Part shown: one piece after another, positions 29,476 through 38,855 of the stretch
How the letters are laid out: each line of letters begins with the position of its first letter
How positions within the stretch are numbered: the first letter of the stretch is position 1
DNA from: an uncultured virus (IMG/VR IMGVR_UViG_3300029286_002633)
Lineage: Duplodnaviria; Heunggongvirae; Uroviricota; Caudoviricetes
DNA length: 57,742 nt
IMG/VR virus record: IMGVR_UViG_3300029286_002633
Reading direction: 5' to 3' (one strand)
The notes under the pieces: model-generated
The model's database searches: none
Told to the model about the DNA's origin: nothing
The model's input: only the letters and a program-made list of their open reading frames with translations
Made by a program: the position numbers and the translations under genes

Positions 29476-32400
29476 TGACCTTTGAGGAAATCTGCACTCA
29501 GAAAGGCGGTGTATTCAAGAGAGGCGTAGGATGCCTTCTGCCTGATGCTTCAGGGGAATCCAAACGGTTCAATAATGATTTTCCACTTCAAAACGGTATG
29601 CGTTTATTTTATCAAACAACAAAGACAGAATGTGAGAAAAACGGTGATGAGTTTGTTAAGTTTGAACTGGATTTCCTTTCTCCAAGCATGAAGGTTTGCA
29701 AGGAACTCGGTCCATCTGAGGTCTGCGAGAGAGATGTGAACTGGCATAAGAAACATGACATAGCGGCGATAGGAGAAGAGACCAGGTTACGAGGCTGGGA
29801 GGATAACTACCGGTCTCAGTTGGAAGCCTGCACGAAATCAATGCAGTTCTCTGACAAAAAAATCGACAAGTTATTGAATCGTGAAGACAGCAATATTATT
29901 ATCGCGGTCATAAGGAACCAGAAACTATCCTCTGCTCTAATCAACAAAGTCATTGATGAGAAACCAGCGTATCTCAGTTATCTTTTCGGTGTCGCAGATT
30001 CCGACGAGAAAAACGCAGGGAAACCATATCAGCATCTTTCATCGGAGAACATTGATAAGGCACTCGCACAAGATAAAGGATTGGCGGATTTATATTCTCA
30101 TCATAAACTCAGTCAGAAGCAATTAGCGAAAGCGATAGAGAAGGGAAAAGACATTCGGTATGTCTATCAGGGGCATACGCTCGATGCAAACAACATCGAA
30201 CTCGCAATTGAAAAAGGAGAAGACCTCGGGACACTCTTCCAACATCAGAAACTTTCATCGGAGCAAGTCACCAAGGCGATAGAAAACCCTCATATCAGCA
30301 GTGTAGATGTAGCATCGCTTTACGAGCATCAGCGTTTGACTGAGGAACAGATTGACAAGGCGATAGACAGTGGGAAAAGCGGGATTTATGGTTTATGCCG
30401 AAGCAAGAAGAACCGTCTCAATCAAAGACAGATAAATAAAGTCATTAATATGAGAGATTATGGTGTCAGCAGACAGCGTGATTTACGTGCTCTCTACGAG
30501 CATTATACATTAACACCAAAACAGGTGGATTATGCAATCGCAAAAGGATTAGCCATAGACATGCTCATCCAGAAACAGAACATCACTGATGCACAAATAA
30601 AACATATCATTAAAACCTGTGAAGGCGAGGAACTCTGGGCGCTCTACAGCAAAAAATGGCTGTTATCACCAGAACAGGTTGACCTTGCGTTAGCAGAGAA
30701 CCAGAACTACATCGCCATGCTCTACCAATATCAGAAAATGACTCCTAAACAGATAGATAAGGCACTTGACATCGGCATCAACAGAGAAGCAATCTACGCC
30801 CATCAGAAACTCCAAGATGAACAGATAACAAAAGCAATCAAATATGAACTCAAAGAACAGGAAAATGATTTACAGTTACGGCAATTGTTCTCCAACCAGA
30901 AATTCAATGACAGCCACATTGACTATATCATAAAAAACTCTGTCGCTAACAAAAATGATGCGACCATCAGAATGTTCATGGACCATCAGCCAAGACGACT
31001 GAACAAGAAACAAATCAAAGACGTGATAGATTTCGCTGGGCAACAAGAGGCAAAGAGCCGCTATGAATCCACTGACATCATCAACACGCTTTTTGATTCA
31101 CAGGAGATGAATGCTGAAACCATTGATTACTGCATCGAGAAAGATGTTTCACTTCAGTTGATATACAATTCATATGGGGAACTATTCAGACAGCAGAATG
31201 TGAAAAAAGCGTTATCGAAAGGAAAATACTATAGTGAACTTTTCACGAATGTAAAATTAACAACTCAGCAGATAACAGAGGCACTGGAAAAAGGACAGGA
31301 GATACCCGCCCTCATTAAAAGCCAAGCAAACATGCTAAATCAAAGTCAGATACAATATCTCATTGAATCAGGTGAAGAAGCAAACCTTCGCGTTCTTTAT
31401 TCTACATACCATGCTACGGGGGATAAAAAACGTATCGACTATGACCAGATTGACATGGCGATTAAACGAGGCGCAGGGCTTGATGAACTCTACGATAACA
31501 ACATATTGCTCCCACGGCAAATCGACAGCGCCATCCAGAACGGACATGACCTTTATCACCTCTACTGCAACCATGGGAACACACTCACAGTAGATAACTA
31601 CAAGCATGCGATACGAGTAAACGCTGAACTTGAAAACCTGTTCACCTGCCGAAAAGACCTCCCCCCTGAAATCGTTGATTATGCACTTGAAGAAGGACAT
31701 GGTCTCCATGAACTCTATGAACATCAGCAACTCAATGAAAAACAATTGACAAAAGCATTGGAGATGGGTGAAGACCTGCCTCAACTCTATGTATATCAAA
31801 TAAAGAATTTCACACCAGCGCATTTCGATGTGCTCATCCCAAACGCAGATGAGAACCTGCTTTACAAACTCTATACTGATACATCATTGAGACTCAGTGA
31901 TGCACAACGAGAGGCTGTAGCAAAGAAACTCTCCGATGAACTCGGGCATATCATCCCCCCATCATCGGTTGTGCATACTCGATTGCTTCCGAAATACTGG
32001 AAGGAATATGAGGAAAAGAAACAACGTGCATTGGACAACAGAATCAAAGACAGACCATTAGAATCACTTATCGGTGTGTATCCCTTATCTGTTGAGAATC
32101 CATGGGATGATATCCTTAAATACGCAAAGAAAAAAGGTTTCTCCATCAGCGAAGACGGTAAATATGCATTTGATAAAAACGACTCAAAGAAACAAGTCCG
32201 TCTGGGAAAACTACTTTTCCGTGAACTGAAATCTGAGCAAGACCCATTGATGAAAAAATACAAGGTGCTGATGTCACAGAAGATACGCCCATCGAAATAC
32301 ACATCAGAGAAGTTGCCGAAAGAACAAATCGAGAACCTTGAGATAGTGATTTCCAACGACCCGAATGACCTTGCAGCAAAAGGGACAGGGCATGAATTTA

Positions 32401-32873
32401 TCAACGAGGGTTGTGAGACTGTCCAATCAGGTGGATTTGGATGGAACGAATGGACACCAGATGAACTCGCTGGAAAAGCACCAGTGCCACGTCATGGCTG
32501 TGGATGGTGCGACGATATCAAATACAACAACCTTGTCGTATATCTGCGAAACAAGACTGAGAAGGACCCACGAAAGAAATGGTTTGACCGTGCGATGATA
32601 CGATGGTGCATCCGTGACGATGACAAAAAACCTGACGCGGTCCTTGAAACAGTGTATGGGAAAGACCATTACAAACCGATGCTTCGAGAGGTTGTCACTA
32701 AAATATTGAACAAGAACGGGTTCACTGGCACTACCGATGGACATGTTTGCATTACGCCTTATAAGTACACTGGATACGCTGACCATGCGACAAGCCGTAC
32801 TCCATACGCAAACGGGAGACCAGACCTGAATAAAGTCTATAAACTTGATGAAAGACCGCTGGTGAGAACATAG
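29475..32873 (+). CDS. 1132-aa alpha-solenoid repeat protein with C-terminal globular domain
   Basis: More than 20 degenerate ~24-aa repeats LYxHQKLxxxQIDKAIxKG; C-terminal IVISNDPNDL...GC...VVYL...RAMIRW...VYG. Confidence 0.85.
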   Translation: MTFEEICTQKGGVFKRGVGCLLPDASGESKRFNNDFPLQNGMRLFYQTTKTECEKNGDEFVKFELDFLSPSMKVCKELGPSEVCERDVNWHKKHDIAAIGEETRLRGWEDNYRSQLEACTKSMQFSDKKIDKLLNREDSNIIIAVIRNQKLSSALINKVIDEKPAYLSYLFGVADSDEKNAGKPYQHLSSENIDKALAQDKGLADLYSHHKLSQKQLAKAIEKGKDIRYVYQGHTLDANNIELAIEKGEDLGTLFQHQKLSSEQVTKAIENPHISSVDVASLYEHQRLTEEQIDKAIDSGKSGIYGLCRSKKNRLNQRQINKVINMRDYGVSRQRDLRALYEHYTLTPKQVDYAIAKGLAIDMLIQKQNITDAQIKHIIKTCEGEELWALYSKKWLLSPEQVDLALAENQNYIAMLYQYQKMTPKQIDKALDIGINREAIYAHQKLQDEQITKAIKYELKEQENDLQLRQLFSNQKFNDSHIDYIIKNSVANKNDATIRMFMDHQPRRLNKKQIKDVIDFAGQQEAKSRYESTDIINTLFDSQEMNAETIDYCIEKDVSLQLIYNSYGELFRQQNVKKALSKGKYYSELFTNVKLTTQQITEALEKGQEIPALIKSQANMLNQSQIQYLIESGEEANLRVLYSTYHATGDKKRIDYDQIDMAIKRGAGLDELYDNNILLPRQIDSAIQNGHDLYHLYCNHGNTLTVDNYKHAIRVNAELENLFTCRKDLPPEIVDYALEEGHGLHELYEHQQLNEKQLTKALEMGEDLPQLYVYQIKNFTPAHFDVLIPNADENLLYKLYTDTSLRLSDAQREAVAKKLSDELGHIIPPSSVVHTRLLPKYWKEYEEKKQRALDNRIKDRPLESLIGVYPLSVENPWDDILKYAKKKGFSISEDGKYAFDKNDSKKQVRLGKLLFRELKSEQDPLMKKYKVLMSQKIRPSKYTSEKLPKEQIENLEIVISNDPNDLAAKGTGHEFINEGCETVQSGGFGWNEWTPDELAGKAPVPRHGCGWCDDIKYNNLVVYLRNKTEKDPRKKWFDRAMIRWCIRDDDKKPDAVLETVYGKDHYKPMLREVVTKILNKNGFTGTTDGHVCITPYKYTGYADHATSRTPYANGRPDLNKVYKLDERPLVRT

Positions 32874-33091
32874 CGAAATTCCCAATTGAATCACAGATGC
32901 AAGACCAAATCGTAGGGTGTAACTGGTTAGGCGGTGTGCATAAACTTTTGCGTCTCTGTAGCATTCAACAGGAGTTCTTGAAAGAAGCCAATGTTGATTG
33001 CAAGATTGATTTAAGCGGTAAAGAAGAAGGTACTCTCTGTCTATTTCCATTGAGTAGCATAAATCGAGGTAAATTAGCGGATACGGAGACA

Positions 33092-33469
33092 ATGAAGACC
33101 ATCAGGCAATCATATCTAACCTTCAGAAAAGGACTTGTCGAGACATTCAAAGAGATGTATCCACCGGAGATTTACGAAGGGAGGCGTAGAGGGGGGTCAG
33201 GTAAATCATATGAGACAGTTGATTGCCCTGAATGTGGTGCTCCTATTGAACTTGTATCATGGTATGACCCTGGCAGCAGGGACGAGCCACCAGATGGCGG
33301 AACAGATATCCATAAGCAAACCTGTGAATGCCCGAAGACCATGGATTCAGATAAATGGTATGATGCTGTGTTCAATGCAGAGAAGTACGAACAAGAGAAA
33401 CGGCAGAAGGAGAAGGATGAACAATGGGAGAGATTCTGCGAATCATATAGTATCCCAAAACATGGGTAA
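33092..33469 (+). CDS. Zn-finger protein (CPECG...CECP)
   Basis: GGAG before ATG 33092; upstream in-frame extension to 32897 doubtful. Confidence 0.65.
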   Translation: MKTIRQSYLTFRKGLVETFKEMYPPEIYEGRRRGGSGKSYETVDCPECGAPIELVSWYDPGSRDEPPDGGTDIHKQTCECPKTMDSDKWYDAVFNAEKYEQEKRQKEKDEQWERFCESYSIPKHG

Positions 33470-33529
33470 TCTGTATACCTTTTTGAAGATACACAACTAT
33501 TTAATGGATTTCATTATCTTCATGGTTAC

Positions 33530-33557
33530 GTATACCTAATTGCAAACAAGTATTTAA
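33530..33557 (+). promoter_or_regulatory. GTATAC-N15-TATTTAA promoter
   Basis: gtatac ctaattgcaaacaag tatttaa; TATA 31 nt before ATG 33582; variant with 19-nt spacing at 33473. Confidence 0.7.
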
Positions 33558-33581
33558 AATTACATTCTCATTCTATTTTAT

Positions 33582-33857
33582 ATGAAAAAAGACTTATGCG
33601 CGATTCCTGAAGGTACTGTGAGGATTTATTGCACCTGTGACAAAAAAGTCAAAGATGTCTCGAATCGTTGCACCTGTTCTATTATATCATTTGGCTATGA
33701 AACTGGCAAGGAGAAAGAGTTAGGTGGCTGTCAATCAATCCCTGTGTTAGAACTCTATGACCGGCAGAGGAAATACCCAAGTAAAAAGGAACGGATACAG
33801 CGTGAATATGACCGTGATTTTACAGGTCAAGATGAGGAATCACGGAGGTTTGGATAA
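33582..33857 (+). CDS. Small Cys-rich hypothetical protein
   Basis: Leaderless ORF after the promoter. Confidence 0.65.
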   Translation: MKKDLCAIPEGTVRIYCTCDKKVKDVSNRCTCSIISFGYETGKEKELGGCQSIPVLELYDRQRKYPSKKERIQREYDRDFTGQDEESRRFG

Positions 33858-33858
33858 T

Positions 33859-34161
33859 ATGCCTCAGTGCGGTAGATTATTTAATGAATTTGAAGGGCTG
33901 AAGTTAGAAGGTGTCCTTGTCAGGATGAAATACGAGAGCCAACGGAGAAGCACAGGTGATTTGAACTTCAGCAAAGCAATCATTGATTTCAAACGCCAAA
34001 TCCTGCTTGGGGCACACGCCATCCTCCATGATAACATCGAATGTGAACTTATCCCGATGTCCAACATCAGTCGTATCAGCATACCACGAGGAAGAAATCA
34101 ATATTCTACTGGTGAACCTCATGAGAGCGAACCAGAGGTCGAAGAGGCTGATTTAGGATGA
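33859..34161 (+). CDS. Hypothetical protein
   Basis: GGAGGT upstream; ATGA overlap with the next gene. Confidence 0.6.
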   Translation: MPQCGRLFNEFEGLKLEGVLVRMKYESQRRSTGDLNFSKAIIDFKRQILLGAHAILHDNIECELIPMSNISRISIPRGRNQYSTGEPHESEPEVEEADLG

Positions 34162-34616
34162 ACCTGCAATTCAACGCCTTCAAAGATGTTTTCAGCAGGA
34201 AACTAATGGAGGCAAAAAACAAAGGAGAACTGCTTGACATCGTGAGATTTGGCGAGGAATATCTGCCGAACATCCCTGATGACAGACAGGGTTTTGCGTT
34301 CAGTTACGCTAACTATGAACAGGCTGTTCTTGATTGTCGGAAATTAAAGGATTTATTGCCAAATACGCGTGTTGAGATGATGGTCGGGGTCCGTGAACTA
34401 CCATATCCTTTCACTTGTGTCGTAGAGACAAGCGTGGCAGACATGAGAGGACTTGATGAACAATTAGCATTGGAGCATCGGAAACTTGGTTTGACTGATA
34501 ACGAGATGGGAGTAATAAACATCTCTCAACTCATTGCAGAAAAACAAAGTCTAATCAGAAAAGACACATGGCAGAAAGACCCTGAACTATTTGGTTTTTC
34601 AACGTGGGAAGAATGA
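34158..34616 (+). CDS. Hypothetical protein
   Basis: Coupled ORF. Confidence 0.65.
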   Translation: MNLQFNAFKDVFSRKLMEAKNKGELLDIVRFGEEYLPNIPDDRQGFAFSYANYEQAVLDCRKLKDLLPNTRVEMMVGVRELPYPFTCVVETSVADMRGLDEQLALEHRKLGLTDNEMGVINISQLIAEKQSLIRKDTWQKDPELFGFSTWEE

Positions 34617-34954
34617 GAGAATCAAAACAATTAAACGATGATGAAATAGAGGTCATCCTCAGTCGTATTAAAGCACAGAAAAGCAAGATATATGACTCGG
34701 AGGAAATTCTTTTTGACAAAGGAATGCCGAACTGGCAGAAAGCCGCATGCATAGAAAAAGCAACTCAAGACATGCAGAAATACTACAATGATGAATATAT
34801 TGATACCATCATCCGCAATGACTTGGTTCTTCTTGGCTGTGCTCATTTTAAAGACATCATTGTCCGTGAGGCTACCAAACTGGCTAAAAAACCATGGAAT
34901 GAATACTATGAGGAACTGCATAAAAAATATCCAACACCAGAATGGGACGATTAA
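34613..34954 (+). CDS. Hypothetical protein
   Basis: ATGA overlap. Confidence 0.65.
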   Translation: MRESKQLNDDEIEVILSRIKAQKSKIYDSEEILFDKGMPNWQKAACIEKATQDMQKYYNDEYIDTIIRNDLVLLGCAHFKDIIVREATKLAKKPWNEYYEELHKKYPTPEWDD

Positions 34955-34956
34955 AA

Positions 34957-35406
34957 ATGCCTGAAGGATTCTGCTCTTGGTTCAGTGGAGAAAAAGACGA
35001 ATTAAGGAAATATGTAGATGAGCGTAGCACAGAGCCAATCTTTTTCTGTAATGGAGGCACTCAGACCATTATTGTTCATTTTATACAATGCGTGAAACTC
35101 GATGATATCAAAAGAGAGCCAGTATGGAACCCTGGACGCTTGGATGCAATACGGGAATGGGCGACAGCAGACCGGTTGCACAGAGTGAAACTAAACAAGG
35201 CGAATGTCGCAAAAGTACGAGATTTACCTTGCATATCACGTTCCGGTCATTTTTCGGAGATACAAGATAAAGAATACGAGATAACAGATGGTACACATCG
35301 TATCCAAATAGCAAGAGACCTGAAACTTGATTGCATACTTGCAGATGTCGAAGAAGCAGTTGAAATCCACAGATGCGACACACATCTTTTCCATGATAGA
35401 GGTTGA
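34957..35406 (+). CDS. ParB/Srx N-terminal-like domain protein
   Basis: YEITDGTHRIQIARDLKLDCILADV matches the ParB/Srx DGxHR motif. Confidence 0.65.
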   Translation: MPEGFCSWFSGEKDELRKYVDERSTEPIFFCNGGTQTIIVHFIQCVKLDDIKREPVWNPGRLDAIREWATADRLHRVKLNKANVAKVRDLPCISRSGHFSEIQDKEYEITDGTHRIQIARDLKLDCILADVEEAVEIHRCDTHLFHDRG

Positions 35407-35407
35407 G

Positions 35408-36079
35408 ATGCCAAAACGTATCCATCCATCATTTAAACAATTCATCCTTTCAAAAGGCGTAAAAGAATGGGACCGTATCCTCACAAAATATGAAGGTCAT
35501 GGCATCGCAGAGACATGTTTTCAGACAAGCAATGCTTTTTGCAATATCCTCAACGATGATTTCGGCATCGACTGTAAAATCGTGCTCGCAGAATCCCTTA
35601 TCGGCAATCAAGAAGCCATGCGACATATGAGGGAAGCCTGGCAGAAGGGCGACACAGGTTTCTTATATAAAGCCGCAGAAGAAGCACAGAAAACAAAAGG
35701 AAAAGATAATCTGACATCAAAAGACCCTGTTCTGGTTGGGATGGGCTATGGCGACGATAAATCACAATTTCATTTTATCATAAACCTACCTCAACAGAAA
35801 GAAGTCATTGACCTTACGCTTGCTCATGTTCAGCGTCCGAAATGGGGCATCTCTTGTAAGAACTATTGGGCTAAATATGAACCAGAACTTGGTAAAAAAG
35901 GATTTTTCATCAGCGACAACATACAGCAATTATCAGGATGTGTCCTTTTTACAAGCATGAAGGAAACATCTGCAAGCATCGGAATAAATCCACAACAATA
36001 CGTCAATGCAGAGCGGGAACTACGAGAAGTATTAAAAAATGAAGTAAAAAAACGAAACATCCCTGTTTTCATGCGATAA
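35408..36079 (+). CDS. Putative transglutaminase-like Cys-His-Asp protein
   Basis: TCFQTS (Cys at helix start) ... FHFII ... VIDLT. Confidence 0.5.
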   Translation: MPKRIHPSFKQFILSKGVKEWDRILTKYEGHGIAETCFQTSNAFCNILNDDFGIDCKIVLAESLIGNQEAMRHMREAWQKGDTGFLYKAAEEAQKTKGKDNLTSKDPVLVGMGYGDDKSQFHFIINLPQQKEVIDLTLAHVQRPKWGISCKNYWAKYEPELGKKGFFISDNIQQLSGCVLFTSMKETSASIGINPQQYVNAERELREVLKNEVKKRNIPVFMR

Positions 36080-36081
36080 TA

Positions 36082-36267
36082 CTAAAACTCTTTCTCTAAT
36101 AACTGCCTTCCGCATTTAGGACAATTATGATACGTCTTTACCCATCCACTATGGTTACAGGCGGTGCAGCCTTTCCCATGACAAAGTTTACATCTGTGGC
36201 TGATACAGCATACGCCAATCTGTCCATGGACTGAACAGGACATCATTGACGACTTGATATCTCCCAT
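36082..36267 (-). CDS. Small Cys-rich protein (DnaJ-like CxxCxGxG plus CPKCG), coupled to the radical SAM gene
   Basis: TGATG stop/start overlap; CKLCHGKGCTACNHSG...CPKCG. Confidence 0.7.
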   Translation of the reverse strand: MGDIKSSMMSCSVHGQIGVCCISHRCKLCHGKGCTACNHSGWVKTYHNCPKCGRQLLEKEF

Positions 36268-38558
36268 CAACACACCAACATTCTTTTCATAAAATTTGTT
36301 ACCTTCAATGTTTGTTTTTTCATGTCTCCTTCGCTTATTTTATATCGGTCCATGAAGTCACTGATGCTAAAATCGTATTTGAGTGGACACCCCTCACTCA
36401 CATGGGCTGCATAACACGAGCCTGCACACACCTCGACATTCTTGCAACCCATACAGCCAGGAGGAACAATCTTGTTGTTCCTCACAAAGTTTTCGATATT
36501 TCCCTCTATTCTCCCCTCATCGTCTCCGATTCTCCCCAGATGATATTCCAAGTCAAAGTTACATGGTGTAATCTTTTTGTCATAATATACGTTTAGTCGT
36601 TCTGTCCCTGCTTTGCAACGACCATTCTTACGTAGATATTGTAAGAAATTAGGTAACGCAAGTATCCAGTTCTCATGTTTTAGGACTTCCTCGAATAGTT
36701 TGCTGGTTAGTTGTGGGGGTAACGGCGGTTTGTCAAGACGGGGGAATAAAGCAAGAGTCGCATCCATTTCAACAAACTCTTTCAGATGTGCAAGGTTTCC
36801 CTCCCAGAAACTTGTCCTATAATAATATTCAATGCCGTTCTCTTTTAACAAATCACCGGCTTCCATCACGGTCTCCCAGATGTTTGGACCACGAATATAG
36901 TTGGTTTCTTCTATTCCCATCTCTGTTGATAACTGGACACCAACCGCCTTCTTTAGAATATGCACATTATCCTCGTTGATTAATGTCGCATTTGTAGAAA
37001 TCGTCACCTTCGGGAAAGTCCCGATAGCATCCTCGATGTATTTGTAAAGCAATGGTTCTCCACCAAGAAAAGTGGTCCTCTTATTCTCGATGTTCTCAAG
37101 AACCCAGTTCAAGTCATCAATTGAAAGAGACCGTGTGCCATCTGACCTTCCATTGTAGCAATTTCCTATTGCAATAAATGGTGCAGTATACGATTTATCA
37201 TTCTCAACAGTCATATTATAAACAAATCCAGAATATTTTTCACTGGTGATTTCCCAAATTTTTACAAGCCAACCATCTTCCTTTTCAATCACTGCATCAT
37301 TTCTTTTATATCCTATCAAATTCGTATCATCAAATAATTTGTTTTCCAATTCTTTTGCTTTATTATTATGTATCTGAAAAAGATGAGCGATGCCACCTCG
37401 AAGTTCTCTGCCATCAATCATCCCTTTAGAGTGAACCAAATGATATGAAAAGATATAGCCAACTTTCCAGAATAATACGGCAACACCTATTGCAAGTTTA
37501 TCTGATGCTGACGCAAAAGAAATCGTTCTATCTTTGCCTCTGCTATCAAACCGGCTTCCATCTCCATTTATATATCCCGCTAAAAACCTTTTAATATTTT
37601 CATCATTCACGGATTTAAACAGGAAACTCGGGACTTTTTTCTTATAACAATTTTCACCGCAAGTCTCAATAAAAAAACGTGCTAATATCACATTATTAAC
37701 TACAATGTGGGTTGCTGTTATTGCTTTATGAATCACGGGGGAAATACCGAATGATTGTTCTATTAGGTCTATTATTTCTTTTATATATTCTGTTTCGTGG
37801 TGTCCTAACGTAAATCGAACTGTTCCTGAATTCGGTCTATTTTTTGATAGTTCTGCACATCCTTCGGCACAATAATATCCAAGAAGTTTTGTTAATTTGT
37901 TTAATTTTATGTAACGATGAATTTCACGGCGACCACCCATATATTTTATCTCATCATCTTTTTCAGTAATTAAAACACATTTTTTCAGTTTTCCTTTAAT
38001 GACGTCTTGTCTCAATTTTCTTGCATATGTTGGATGAATGCCAAATTGTTCACCAATTTCATCAGAAGTCATATCTTTTTTAATCGACTTAGTGAATTTA
38101 TTTAAATCAACTTTTCTCAATTTTTTTGATAGAAGTATTCCTTCAGGGACAAATGAAAGTAAATCTATTGAATCATTGACTTGCAATGTATTACTTTGTT
38201 TTGGTATCCATAACATGTGCTCTTTGGTAAGTTTTTCAACTTCAATTTTTTCTAGTCTGTTTTCAATGGAAACAAAGAGTTTATGACCTTTTGTGAGTTT
38301 AAATGGAGGCAAACTATATGGTTTAATTGAAATCAAATCATCATTATAACTATGTTCAAAAACATCTGTTATTTTCTGCCAATTTCCTTTATGAGATAAT
38401 ACTTGCAGTTCTTTTCCGCTCTTGACCAGCGATATTGCTTTTTCTATCTCGATTATCCCTATATCTGTTAATATGAGACTTCCTTTTGGTAGACAATGCT
38501 TACATGTCAAGTTACATTGATTGGTGAGATAAATAGTCAACTCGGGTTTTTTCAGCAT
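36267..38558 (-). CDS. Radical SAM/SPASM protein interrupted by an intein (spliced product ~318 aa)
   Basis: CNLTCKH|C motif restored after splicing; GGEPLL, ISTNATL; SPASM CKAG...ITPC...CMGC...CAGSC...C. Confidence 0.92.
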   Translation of the reverse strand: MLKKPELTIYLTNQCNLTCKHCLPKGSLILTDIGIIEIEKAISLVKSGKELQVLSHKGNWQKITDVFEHSYNDDLISIKPYSLPPFKLTKGHKLFVSIENRLEKIEVEKLTKEHMLWIPKQSNTLQVNDSIDLLSFVPEGILLSKKLRKVDLNKFTKSIKKDMTSDEIGEQFGIHPTYARKLRQDVIKGKLKKCVLITEKDDEIKYMGGRREIHRYIKLNKLTKLLGYYCAEGCAELSKNRPNSGTVRFTLGHHETEYIKEIIDLIEQSFGISPVIHKAITATHIVVNNVILARFFIETCGENCYKKKVPSFLFKSVNDENIKRFLAGYINGDGSRFDSRGKDRTISFASASDKLAIGVAVLFWKVGYIFSYHLVHSKGMIDGRELRGGIAHLFQIHNNKAKELENKLFDDTNLIGYKRNDAVIEKEDGWLVKIWEITSEKYSGFVYNMTVENDKSYTAPFIAIGNCYNGRSDGTRSLSIDDLNWVLENIENKRTTFLGGEPLLYKYIEDAIGTFPKVTISTNATLINEDNVHILKKAVGVQLSTEMGIEETNYIRGPNIWETVMEAGDLLKENGIEYYYRTSFWEGNLAHLKEFVEMDATLALFPRLDKPPLPPQLTSKLFEEVLKHENWILALPNFLQYLRKNGRCKAGTERLNVYYDKKITPCNFDLEYHLGRIGDDEGRIEGNIENFVRNNKIVPPGCMGCKNVEVCAGSCYAAHVSEGCPLKYDFSISDFMDRYKISEGDMKKQTLKVTNFMKRMLVC
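37161..38495 (-). mobile_element. 445-aa intein with LAGLIDADG homing endonuclease
   Basis: Block A CLPKGSLI, block B LTKGHKLF, LLGYYCAEG and FLAGYINGDG, blocks F/G VYNMTVE...IAIGN/C. Confidence 0.93.
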
Positions 38559-38669
38559 CAGTCAATGTATGGTCAATACGATATTTATGCCTTTCTTGTG
38601 AAATTAAGCAAAATGGGAAAAAGTTATAAGTGGGATTTTAATATCTAGGGATATAGTTAGTGAGGTCCG

Positions 38670-38855
38670 ATGGAGTATAATATCATAAAAATTGTTGAGG
38701 TAAAGCCACGTACTCGTATCACACTACCTAAATCCGTGCAAGACCAACTGAAAGTCCAAGAAGGGGACCATATCGCTTTTATAAGAGAAACACCAGGCAT
38801 ACGGATTGTGAAAGTGGTTTTAGATTTGGATAAAGAGGGAGAGAATGGGCGGTAG
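38670..38855 (+). CDS. AbrB/MazE/SpoVT-family DNA-binding protein
   Basis: RITLPKSVQDQLKVQEGDHIAF. Confidence 0.85.
   Translation: MEYNIIKIVEVKPRTRITLPKSVQDQLKVQEGDHIAFIRETPGIRIVKVVLDLDKEGENGR

Noticed and set aside
33473..33504. Extra GTATAC promoter copy
   Set aside because: Spacing is 19 nt rather than 15 and a canonical copy follows at 33530; treated as a degenerate duplicate
13719..35407. Track start codons at 13719, 19335, 22943, 28687, 33757, 35327
   Set aside because: They overlap upstream genes or promoters; downstream starts fit signal peptides, RBS or paralog alignment better
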